Shown here: positions 47,890 through 56,286 of the stretch, one piece after another
Layout: the number at the start of each line of letters is the position of its first letter
How positions within the stretch are numbered: the stretch's first letter is position 1
Source of the DNA: Minisyncoccota bacterium
GTDB lineage: Bacteria > Patescibacteriota > Minisyncoccia > Phycocordibacterales > JAQTLZ01
Assembly (NCBI GenBank): GCA_028714635.1
Contig: JAQTLZ010000001.1
Coordinates: 173,272 to 237,271, forward strand
Length of the DNA: 64,000 nt
Reading direction: 5' to 3'
Made by a program: the position numbers and the translations under genes
The notes under the pieces: generated by a model
Told to the model about the DNA's origin: nothing
Database searches by the model: none
Seen by the model: only the letters and a program-made list of their open reading frames with translations

Positions 47890-49185
47890 ATGTATATGAG
47901 TAGCCTCAAAACCACTGAGAAGAAGATACTTGAAAAGCTTTTCAATATGGAAGGTGGCTATGTGCTGAGTTTTACTGATAAATCATTCGAGAAGTTCCTC
48001 AAAGATGACTTCAATATCTCGGTCTACAGTGAGATGTACGACTTGGACTTTCCAAGTAAATCAAAAGCAAACCGACTACGTGGTATCTGGAGTGTAGAAG
48101 ATGATGCGAAAGTTGGAGGTATTATTTTGGAACTTGTTGAGTGTGCGGAGACCGACATTTTGACATCAGGCAAAGAGATGTCTGCTATTGAAAAGGACCT
48201 TACTTCAAAGGCACGTGATATAGGGATACGCTTACTGTTTACAGAAATTGCTGACGGAAGCACCAAACCAGAAGTTCAGAAGCTGAAGACTAAGGCTGAA
48301 CTCATAAAGGGTTTCAATAGTATTGATTTCAAGGAGATGGAGCCTAACAAGCGTATCTATCTGCTAAAGGTTCTGTTCTCTTACTACGATGCGATTATTC
48401 GTGCATACAGAGGCTCAGGATTGTTCTATCTCACATCAGGCATTGATGACCTCAATGACTATTTCAAGGTCCTCAGAAAGCGAATGATTGAGCTACTCGA
48501 TACATACGACACTTTTGTTGAAATGAAGAAGTCGCCCACTTATACGGACTTCATTGAGCCTGTAACAAGCCTTTACGCAAGTCAGGACTATCTTGAAGTC
48601 GTGTGGGAAGAAAGCGTGCTCCCTATGCTCATCAATTTCCGTGAAGACATAGCTGATAGAGACCTGTTTGATAATCAGTCAGAAGTTCACAAAGTTCACG
48701 TTGAGGTGTTGAGCTTTTTGGATGCTATCTCAAAAGAGATTGAGGCTCTCAATGGGTATATGAGCCAGCAAACAAAGAAGTTCTACGATACTGACCTACC
48801 AGCAGAGAAAGAAAGGCTATCCAATATCTTTCCATCCGAAGAGCTATACATCACAAAACAAGGTGATGATTTTCGATACAAAGGAAAGCTACTGAACCTC
48901 TCGAAGAAAGCCGACTACTACAAAGTTTTTTGTGCTTTATACGCACTCCTTCCGCAAGGTGGAGAAATTGAATACAAGCCTCTTATAACTGAAATCAAAA
49001 GCAGAATACCGAAGACCAAAGCGAAGTCTGACGAAGAAATGCGAAAGCTTATACAAGGTAATCTCACTGATAAAAGCAACGGCTTTATCCGCTATGCAAA
49101 ACTGCCAAATACGGAGGACAATTCCAAGCCACTCATCGAAGTTATAAAGGGCTTTGGAGTGCGTTTCAACAATAAAGCTGGCTAA
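47890..49185 (+). CDS. hypothetical protein
   Basis: 431 aa, acidic, begins MYM; no recognised motif. Confidence 0.4.
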   Translation: MYMSSLKTTEKKILEKLFNMEGGYVLSFTDKSFEKFLKDDFNISVYSEMYDLDFPSKSKANRLRGIWSVEDDAKVGGIILELVECAETDILTSGKEMSAIEKDLTSKARDIGIRLLFTEIADGSTKPEVQKLKTKAELIKGFNSIDFKEMEPNKRIYLLKVLFSYYDAIIRAYRGSGLFYLTSGIDDLNDYFKVLRKRMIELLDTYDTFVEMKKSPTYTDFIEPVTSLYASQDYLEVVWEESVLPMLINFREDIADRDLFDNQSEVHKVHVEVLSFLDAISKEIEALNGYMSQQTKKFYDTDLPAEKERLSNIFPSEELYITKQGDDFRYKGKLLNLSKKADYYKVFCALYALLPQGGEIEYKPLITEIKSRIPKTKAKSDEEMRKLIQGNLTDKSNGFIRYAKLPNTEDNSKPLIEVIKGFGVRFNNKAG

Positions 49186-49224
49186 TCCTGAAACTTCCTG
49201 AGAATAGATAAGTTCTCCTGACTA

Positions 49225-49259
49225 AAACACCTTTGAAATAAAGGGTGTTTTTTCGTTTT
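49225..49259 (+). terminator. rho-independent terminator
   Basis: aaacaccttt gaaata aagggtgttt then ttttcgtttt. Confidence 0.75.
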
Positions 49260-49361
49260 CCTGAATGTTCAGGAAGTACGCAGAACAATCTCAAAAAGCA
49301 AAAATCAATCTATAGAACTTTTCTTGGCGGAAGTTCACTTACTCATAAAACACCAATGTAA

Positions 49362-49664
49362 ATGATTATGAAAAGAAACAATGAGAGCGATGAGCTCCAC
49401 AACGTCCCTTTGGACGATTACAAAAACTATTACTACTCGAACGATATTGATGTCGCATCAACCCTCATATGTAAAGGATATGAATTGGTAGACATCACAC
49501 CGATAAGCCACAACAAGGCTACCTTCGTATTCAAAAATCATCCTGCAATTACGGATGCGGTTGAAGGCTTTTGGAGCAATCGAATTGAGGTCCGACCTCT
49601 TGAGTTCGCTAACGTCAGAAAAAATCTGAAATCACGCATCTTCGGAATGCGGAAAACTTACTAG
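49362..49664 (+). CDS. small hypothetical protein typical of mobile-element replication modules
   Basis: 100 aa; YYSNDIDVASTLICKGYELVDITPISHNKATFVFKNHPAITDAVEGFWSNRIEV resembles a small family I recall from phage/ICE loci; low certainty. Confidence 0.35.
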   Translation: MIMKRNNESDELHNVPLDDYKNYYYSNDIDVASTLICKGYELVDITPISHNKATFVFKNHPAITDAVEGFWSNRIEVRPLEFANVRKNLKSRIFGMRKTY

Positions 49665-49676
49665 CCCATAAATGAA

Positions 49677-51032
49677 ATGTATATGCAAAACAAAGAAGAA
49701 AGACAAGAAAAAATTATCCTGAAGACAAGTATCACAACGCCAAACGAGCTCTACGAAATGGTGTTTGACCGAAGTGAAAACAAAACCTCTTTCATAAAAA
49801 TTGATAGAGATGGAAAAATTGAGACCCTGCTGGAAGAGGTGGAAATTGGCGGAAGAAAGTATCGACCACTTCCATCTGATTACAACCTCGTGGACAAGAA
49901 CGTCATCTTGTTTCCATCACTTGCTACACCTTATGAAAGCGAGGAAGAAATACTCACTGAAGTACAGCATTTTATCCATAAACACCTAGACATCTCTGAG
50001 GTATTCGAGCGTATAGCTACTTACTACGTTCTGTTTACGTGGCTATTCGACAAGTTCAATGAGGTCCCGTATCTACGAGCAATTGGTGATTTTGGAAGCG
50101 GTAAATCACGCTTTCTCCAAGCTATCGGAATACTCTGCTACAAGCCTGTATTTACTGGAGGTGCGACTACTCCAAGTCCGATATTCCGCATCATCAATGA
50201 GGTAAAAGGAACGCTCATCATAGACGAAGCTGACTTCAAGTTCTCGGATATGACATCAGAGATTGTGAAGATATTGAACACTGGATACCAGAAAGGAATG
50301 TCCGTGCTTCGTTCTGAAGGAAAAGGGACCTTTGAAGTAAAAGCCTACGATGTATTTTGTCCGAAAATTGTAGCCACTCGTGAGACCTTCGCTGACAAGG
50401 CACTTGAGAGCCGATTTCTCGTTGAAGAAATGGGTGCTGGAAAGTTGCGTACCGACATCCCACGCACTCTTGATGAGAGCTTTTATGAGGGTGCTGAATT
50501 GATACGAAACAAGCTCCTGATGTGGCGACTGAAGAACTACTTTGAGCCGATAGAACGTAGGCACGATTTGATTGAAGGAATACATCCACGACTGAACCAA
50601 ATCGTTATGCCACTTTTATCCATCATCAAAGACGAGAGTATCAGAAATCAGCTCAAGACTTTCATTGTTCAATACAACGCTGAACTGGTAGCAGACCGTG
50701 GTCTTTCGTGGGAAAGCGACATTGTTTTTGCAGTCCTGAAATTGGAGTACGAATTGAAAGGAAACGAGCTAACAGTCAAACAGATTACTGACGAAGTGAA
50801 CAAGGAAATAGATGTAAGCGATGACACCCTACAGGCTCGAAAAGTCGGGTGGTATTTACGAGCAAAACTACAACTCAAGCCTTATAAAACTCGAAAAGGA
50901 TACGTACTTTCTTTCAAGGAAAACAGGAAGCGATTGGATATGTGGAAGGAACGCTTTGGTATCACCGATGCGGATATTCGTGGTGAACAAGTGAATGTCG
51001 TGAACGATGCTGAAGCTATTACCAATAACTAA
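49677..51032 (+). CDS. P-loop NTPase, probable replication/primase-associated protein (VirE/D5-like)
   Basis: Walker A AIGDFGSGKS, Walker B LIIDEADF, about 130 aa N-terminal domain before the P-loop; 451 aa. Confidence 0.45.
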   Translation: MYMQNKEERQEKIILKTSITTPNELYEMVFDRSENKTSFIKIDRDGKIETLLEEVEIGGRKYRPLPSDYNLVDKNVILFPSLATPYESEEEILTEVQHFIHKHLDISEVFERIATYYVLFTWLFDKFNEVPYLRAIGDFGSGKSRFLQAIGILCYKPVFTGGATTPSPIFRIINEVKGTLIIDEADFKFSDMTSEIVKILNTGYQKGMSVLRSEGKGTFEVKAYDVFCPKIVATRETFADKALESRFLVEEMGAGKLRTDIPRTLDESFYEGAELIRNKLLMWRLKNYFEPIERRHDLIEGIHPRLNQIVMPLLSIIKDESIRNQLKTFIVQYNAELVADRGLSWESDIVFAVLKLEYELKGNELTVKQITDEVNKEIDVSDDTLQARKVGWYLRAKLQLKPYKTRKGYVLSFKENRKRLDMWKERFGITDADIRGEQVNVVNDAEAITNN

Positions 51033-51041
51033 ATCATTCTT

Positions 51042-51554
51042 ATGGAAAACAAGTCAAAAGGTGGTCCAAAAACAACTGAAGGAAAGGCAATCTCGAAGTA
51101 CAACGCAATCAAACACGGATTGCTCTCAAAAGAGGTGCTTGTTGATGGTGAAGATGAGAAGACACTCCTAGAACTCAATCAAAGCGTACACGACCAATTT
51201 CAGCCAGTAGGACCGATAGAAAAGATGCTGGTAGACCGTGTTGTATCAAATCTCTGGAGACTACGAAGAGCTGTCTTTGTCGAGACTGCAACGATGAACT
51301 GGTATCGAGCTGACATCAATCTCTTTCCAATTGGACAGGATGATGAGCAACAAGAACGACAGAACGTAAAGAATATGTTGAGCAACGAAAGTATCGAGAC
51401 CATTCTTCGATACGAGACAACCATTGAAAGAAGCATCTTCAGGGCTCTTCACGAGCTTGAGCGTATACAGGCTAAAAGAAACGGGAAAGACGTTTCAATT
51501 CCAGCCGTGGTCGATGTAAACGTGGATAGTTCGTTTCGCAAAAATGACCAATAA
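51042..51554 (+). CDS. hypothetical protein
   Basis: 170 aa, helical, no motif. Confidence 0.35.
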   Translation: MENKSKGGPKTTEGKAISKYNAIKHGLLSKEVLVDGEDEKTLLELNQSVHDQFQPVGPIEKMLVDRVVSNLWRLRRAVFVETATMNWYRADINLFPIGQDDEQQERQNVKNMLSNESIETILRYETTIERSIFRALHELERIQAKRNGKDVSIPAVVDVNVDSSFRKNDQ

Positions 51555-51569
51555 CAGTGAGGTTCTCAA

Positions 51570-52211
51570 TTGATTTCGGAAGATAAAAACATTATGAGTA
51601 AAACAGAAGCAGATGACTGCAAGAAAATAGAAATATGGTGGCTCCTGCGAGACATCAAGGAGAAAGGTGGTTACAAATACACCACTGTTTCTTGGGGTGA
51701 AAATGGTTCACACGGAAGCGTATCTGTGCAGGTATCTGTATGGGACGAAGAAAAATACGCTCGCTTTATTTACTCGCAAACTGACCATTCTACAGGTGAA
51801 AAGAAGGACTTCGACTACAAGGTCCCCATCATCACCACACCTTGTCATCTAGGTGGAGAACGATATTGGTTCAAGTGCTCTCTATTCAAAAACGGAGAGC
51901 AATGTGGACGACGTGTTGGTGTGCTCTACAAAGATGGTGATTGGTTCGGTTGTCGTCATTGTTACGAGCTCACCTACAAATCAAAAAACGTAAACAAGGG
52001 GTACAAACACTATCCGATGTTTCGAGTTCTTGAGCTAAGGATGGAAATAGACAGGCTCGAAGAGAAGTCACATCGACACACATACAACGGAAAACCAACC
52101 AAGAAGCGGATGCGACTAGAAAAGCTTTATCGAGAAGCAATGCTCCAGCATCGTGCTTTTTACGAGACTGAAAAAGGTCTCAAAGTCAGCAAAAAAGGTC
52201 GAGAGTTCTAA
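51570..52211 (+). CDS. hypothetical protein with Cys-rich zinc-ribbon-like region
   Basis: CHLGGERYWFKC...CGRRVG...CRHC pattern; 213 aa. Confidence 0.35.
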   Translation: MISEDKNIMSKTEADDCKKIEIWWLLRDIKEKGGYKYTTVSWGENGSHGSVSVQVSVWDEEKYARFIYSQTDHSTGEKKDFDYKVPIITTPCHLGGERYWFKCSLFKNGEQCGRRVGVLYKDGDWFGCRHCYELTYKSKNVNKGYKHYPMFRVLELRMEIDRLEEKSHRHTYNGKPTKKRMRLEKLYREAMLQHRAFYETEKGLKVSKKGREF

Positions 52212-52225
52212 TCAAAAATGTTATT

Positions 52226-52468
52226 ATGAGTAAGTTACACGAAAGCCTGAATAATGCTCCGCAACCGCAACCTTCCAAGGAGCAGGACCAGCTTTTGTGT
52301 GAAGGTCCAAAGCACCTGCTCTCGAAAGATACCCTTGATGCTTTGGAAGAACTCGGTGGTGTTCTCAGGAACATTCACAGGAGAATGGTATCTGAAGGAT
52401 ACGAAATTGTAGATGGAAACATCCGCAAAGTAGTACCGCAAAATGTAAATGTATATGAAAAAGCCTAA
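52226..52468 (+). CDS. hypothetical small protein
   Basis: 80 aa; overlaps the recombinase start by 20 nt. Confidence 0.3.
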   Translation: MSKLHESLNNAPQPQPSKEQDQLLCEGPKHLLSKDTLDALEELGGVLRNIHRRMVSEGYEIVDGNIRKVVPQNVNVYEKA

Positions 52469-54146
52469 TATCAAAACTGAAAAAGATTTGATTGCCGAAA
52501 TACTCTCTGGTAAATACCGTGATTGTCATTTGATATATAACAGAAAGAGTACGGACGAAGCTGACAACCAGAAGAACTCCATTTCATATCAAAAGATAGA
52601 GAACACTCGTTTTGCACATCGAGAAAAACTTTCCATAGCACAAATCACCATCAAAGGTTTCTCTGCTGACGGCATCATTTCCGAAAAGCACTCAGGGTTT
52701 ACTGAGGACGATGATATAAACATTACCGATGACGGTTTGGTTCAATACAGAATTGATAGACCAAAGTTCCAGAGAATGCTTCAGTTCGTTAGCCAAGGGT
52801 ATTTCAAAGGTGTCGTATGTCTTTGTTGGGACCGTATCAGTAGAAATAAAGGAGATGACACTCTTATCCGAAAGCTTATGCGTAAGGGTGTAGATTTTCG
52901 CTTTGTATACGCTAAATACGAGAAGACAAGTTCAGGTGCTCTTCATATGGATATTGATGGAATGTTCTCTCAACATCACTCACGTGTTACAAGTGAGAAA
53001 GTAACGCTCACCATCCGTAACTCACGAGAGAAAGGCATATGTACTTACAGAGCACCAATCGGCTATCTCAATCAAGGGAAAATGGAAGATAAACCACTAG
53101 ACCCATTCCGTGCACCCATAATCAAGCAGATGTATGAGTATTACGCTACAGGAGACTGGAGCCTGTCAGACATTGCTCGCTTTGCAAATGACCAAGGTTT
53201 TACCACAGTACCGATGAGGCGTAGAAGGACAAAAGAAGAAATGCTCGCTGAGGAAGACGAGTTTGAGGAAATAGAAAAGACCTCACGTCCTGTAAACGAA
53301 AACCATATCAGCAGAATACTTACTAATCGCTTTTATACAGGAAGGACCCTCAACTCAGAAGGTAAATATATCCAAAGTATCAGCCACGTAGCTATCGTAA
53401 GCGATGAGCTCTTTGATGACGTTCAGGCTGTGCTCAAAAAGAAGAAAGTGAGCGTTCACTATACGGAAAAACTCGACCAGCCACTTCGAGGTGTTGTACG
53501 TTGTGCACATTGTGAACGTGTATACACACCATACATAAAGAAAGGTATTCAATACTACAATTCACGCTGTACAAAAGACTGTAAGAATACGGACAAGAAC
53601 TTGAGTTTTGAGAAGATTGATAAGAAAATCAGTGGACTTATTACAGGTCTGCATTTTACCGATGACGAAATAGAACAGATGGATGCTCGTGCAGGTACAG
53701 AGATTGCGTTGCTCGAAGAGAAGCGTCATAAAACACTCGACCAAGTAGAGAGAAAAAAGAAAAAGATACGAGAAGACCTTGCATACCTACGCTCGAACAA
53801 AATACCTCTCTTGAAGGCTGGAGTGTATACACCTGAGAGTTATGTTACCGAGGAAACAAAACTTGATAGTGAACTTTCTTTGTTGCAGAGCGAAGAGCAA
53901 GCATCAGACATCGCAATGCACGAGACAATGAAAGAGGTTCAAAAACTTTCAGAACTCGTCAAAAACGTTGCTCTATATTATCAATTCGCAAAACCACACG
54001 AAAAAGAGCAGATTGTTCGTGTAATCTTTTCAGAACTTTCTATTGCTCAAGATGTGTTGCAATTCAAGGTCAAAAAAGGATTTGAAGCCTTTGAAAACCG
54101 TTTCCTTGCTATTTGTGACCCTACAGAGAATCGAACTCTGATTTGA
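52449..54146 (+). CDS. large serine recombinase
   Basis: Resolvase catalytic domain with Ser in YNRKSTDEADNQ and CLCWDRISRN (RxSR-like) motif, recombinase domain, C-terminal Cys4 zinc ribbon CAHCERV...CTKDCK; 565 aa. Confidence 0.85.
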   Translation: MYMKKPNIKTEKDLIAEILSGKYRDCHLIYNRKSTDEADNQKNSISYQKIENTRFAHREKLSIAQITIKGFSADGIISEKHSGFTEDDDINITDDGLVQYRIDRPKFQRMLQFVSQGYFKGVVCLCWDRISRNKGDDTLIRKLMRKGVDFRFVYAKYEKTSSGALHMDIDGMFSQHHSRVTSEKVTLTIRNSREKGICTYRAPIGYLNQGKMEDKPLDPFRAPIIKQMYEYYATGDWSLSDIARFANDQGFTTVPMRRRRTKEEMLAEEDEFEEIEKTSRPVNENHISRILTNRFYTGRTLNSEGKYIQSISHVAIVSDELFDDVQAVLKKKKVSVHYTEKLDQPLRGVVRCAHCERVYTPYIKKGIQYYNSRCTKDCKNTDKNLSFEKIDKKISGLITGLHFTDDEIEQMDARAGTEIALLEEKRHKTLDQVERKKKKIREDLAYLRSNKIPLLKAGVYTPESYVTEETKLDSELSLLQSEEQASDIAMHETMKEVQKLSELVKNVALYYQFAKPHEKEQIVRVIFSELSIAQDVLQFKVKKGFEAFENRFLAICDPTENRTLI

Positions 54147-54187
54147 GCCTTGAGAAGGCTCCGTCCTGACCGTTAGACGATAGGGCC
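54116..54187 (-). tRNA. tRNA-Glu (anticodon CUC); 3' part overlaps the recombinase gene end; one acceptor-stem mismatch
   Basis: Reverse complement GGCCCTATCGTCTAACGGTCAGGACGGAGCCTTCTCAAGGCTCAAATCAGAGTTCGATTCTCTGTAGGGGTC; D-arm and anticodon loop TTCTCAA closely resemble bacterial tRNA-Glu; acceptor pair 2:71 is G:G. Confidence 0.55.
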
Positions 54188-54217
54188 GCACACGCGGAGA
54201 ATACTAACATTTTTCTC

Positions 54218-55183
54218 CTATTTGGCAAAAAACGCCATAAATTTCATTGGGTCAATTGAGATGTCGTTGATTCTTACTGTGATGTGAAGATGCGGACTTT
54301 CTGCGTAGCCGGTTTGGCCAGAGAGAGCAATTGTCTGTCCGATGTTTACTTTCTCTCCCACTTTCACATTTATTTTTGAGAGATGCATGTAAATGCTCAT
54401 AAGCCCGAGACCGTGGTCAATGACGACAGTGTTTCCGTAAATTTGGTATAACCTTGCGATTCTTACAATTCCTGTATTCATTGCGAGTACCGGTGTCCCT
54501 TCGTCTGCATGGAAATCCGTGCCTTTATGATTGATCGCTTCACCGACGGTTTGACGAACGTAGCCGTAATCGTCAGTAACAGTTATCTTGCCTGCGAGCG
54601 GGAACCGGAAAGGCACTGTCCAAAGCGCTGTGCTTGCCGTTTTAATGCCGAGGAGGGTTTGGCTTTCCTGCGCCATAGTGCTAATGACATTCGTTACTGC
54701 TTCTTCTGTGTTTCCCCCAAGTTTTTCTGGAATGCCAAGCGGGGCTTCGACTTTTGGACGTATGCCGATGGTTATATTTTTTTCAAGTTTTTCTCCGGTA
54801 GTTAAAGTTGCGAGAAGTTTGTAAGTTCCAGGTTTCTGATTGAGATCGATACCGATCAAAGCACTCGGTTCCGATTTGTATGAAAATACTCCTAAAAATT
54901 TTCCATCGAAAGAAATATTTTTAATTTCCGGCAAGTCGGCGCTTTTTATTTGTACTAGGATTGGTTCTCCTTGAATGATTTTGGCTGGCGTGATTGAAAT
55001 AGACGGAGCGGGGGTCGGGTTTGCTCTCGGAGTTGAAACAGGGGATGGTGTGGAGGAAATGGTTGGGGTAGGGGATATCGTCGGTGCAATAATCGGAGTG
55101 ACAGAGGCGGAATTTTTTTCCAAAAGGAAAAAAATTCCGCCAAGGACTAGAACCGCGACAAATATCTTTACTACGAAGCTCAT
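54218..55183 (-). CDS. M23 family metallopeptidase (LytM-like) with TM anchor and PT linker
   Basis: HKGTDFHADEGTPV (HxxxD) and SPHLHITV (HxH) motifs; 321 aa. Confidence 0.8.
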   Translation of the reverse strand: MSFVVKIFVAVLVLGGIFFLLEKNSASVTPIIAPTISPTPTISSTPSPVSTPRANPTPAPSISITPAKIIQGEPILVQIKSADLPEIKNISFDGKFLGVFSYKSEPSALIGIDLNQKPGTYKLLATLTTGEKLEKNITIGIRPKVEAPLGIPEKLGGNTEEAVTNVISTMAQESQTLLGIKTASTALWTVPFRFPLAGKITVTDDYGYVRQTVGEAINHKGTDFHADEGTPVLAMNTGIVRIARLYQIYGNTVVIDHGLGLMSIYMHLSKINVKVGEKVNIGQTIALSGQTGYAESPHLHITVRINDISIDPMKFMAFFAK

Positions 55184-55500
55184 TGGGGTAGTATAACAGT
55201 TTGTTTGACAAAAATGATGCGTAGGAATAAACTGGATTTATGAGTATGTTAGCTGACAAATTCTTTCATTTCTTTTATTTTAGCCGTTAAACGGGAGATT
55301 TTGTTGCTATTTATAACTTAAACCTAGCAAAGAAAAACTCCCGCAAAACGGGAGTTTTTTCTCATCTGGAAATTGAGCGTTTGGATAAAAAGCAAGTTCT
55401 CAATTTCCAGGTCAGAAGATTTGGATTCATGCCCGTGCGGGTTGTGGATGCCCATTTCGGGCAGAATGCGTTCTTCATGCTTTTGGGGAAGGGAGGTCGT

Positions 55501-56196
55501 ATGCACCAATTACCAACATTTCCAGCGTGCGACGCTGTGAGGTGGAATGATCTGGCAAAACGCCAAGCACTGTTGTCTCCCAGGATTAGGGCGGTTGTCT
55601 CTTACGCTCTCGGGCCTGCGGGCACTAACATGGAGCAGGTCGCGCGGCTCTGGCATGCTCACATGGGTATCGAGAACAAAGCGGTTATTGAGCTTTGCGA
55701 TTTGCCAGAAACGGCGGTCAAAAGGGCAATTGCAATGCAGGAGGACGGTGTTCTTGCAGTGTTCTGGACGTGCGCCGTGTTTGCTCGGTTGCATAAGGTT
55801 TTCTTCGGAAATCCCGCAACGTTGCCGCTTTTCTTCGTACAGCAAATGGCTCTCGACGAAATGCAGCTTGCCGTACGTAATCTGAAGTACCTCTCCTTAA
55901 TCGTCGAGCAAGGCGGGACTCCGAACGCTCTTTCGGGGATTAAGATCGCTAGTCATGTTTCTCCAGCTCCGCTTCTCGATACACTTGTCGCTAACAGGGC
56001 GACACTTGTTGATGCGAAGAGCAACGCACAAGCGGCCGAGATGTGCGCAGTTGGCGAAGTGGAAGCTTGCATGACGACTGAGTCGGCTCGCAAGCTTCAC
56101 CGTTTGACCATGGTGCACGTATTCGGCTCCCCGCCGATGCTTTTCTTCGGTGGGATTACCGCATCGGGATTCAAACTCCTCAAAAGCACCCAGTGA
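55501..56196 (+). CDS. prephenate-dehydratase-like (PDT/periplasmic-binding-fold) domain protein; GC-rich
   Basis: YALGPAGTNMEQVA resembles the PDT N-terminal LGPxGTFS motif; start Met at 55501 after GGGAGG (ORF opens at 55381). Confidence 0.3.
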   Translation: MHQLPTFPACDAVRWNDLAKRQALLSPRIRAVVSYALGPAGTNMEQVARLWHAHMGIENKAVIELCDLPETAVKRAIAMQEDGVLAVFWTCAVFARLHKVFFGNPATLPLFFVQQMALDEMQLAVRNLKYLSLIVEQGGTPNALSGIKIASHVSPAPLLDTLVANRATLVDAKSNAQAAEMCAVGEVEACMTTESARKLHRLTMVHVFGSPPMLFFGGITASGFKLLKSTQ

Positions 56197-56286
56197 CTTT
56201 TGCATGAAAGTGCGAAAGTAACTAATTTGAGCTCTCGTCGGATTTTTAACAGATCCAGACGAGAGCCCAAATTTATTTTTCTTCAA

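Larger units (their letters stand above)
39878..54187. mobile_element. integrated element (~14.3 kb): serine recombinase, type III R-M, helicase-nuclease pair, replication-like and unknown genes; bounded by ftsI on the left and tRNA-Glu on the right
   Basis: Interrupts the dcw-type context; carries a large serine recombinase whose 3' end overlaps a tRNA-Glu; element-specific repeat motifs (GTGAAC triplets, AATGTAAATGTATATG starts) are not seen elsewhere in the window. Confidence 0.55.
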
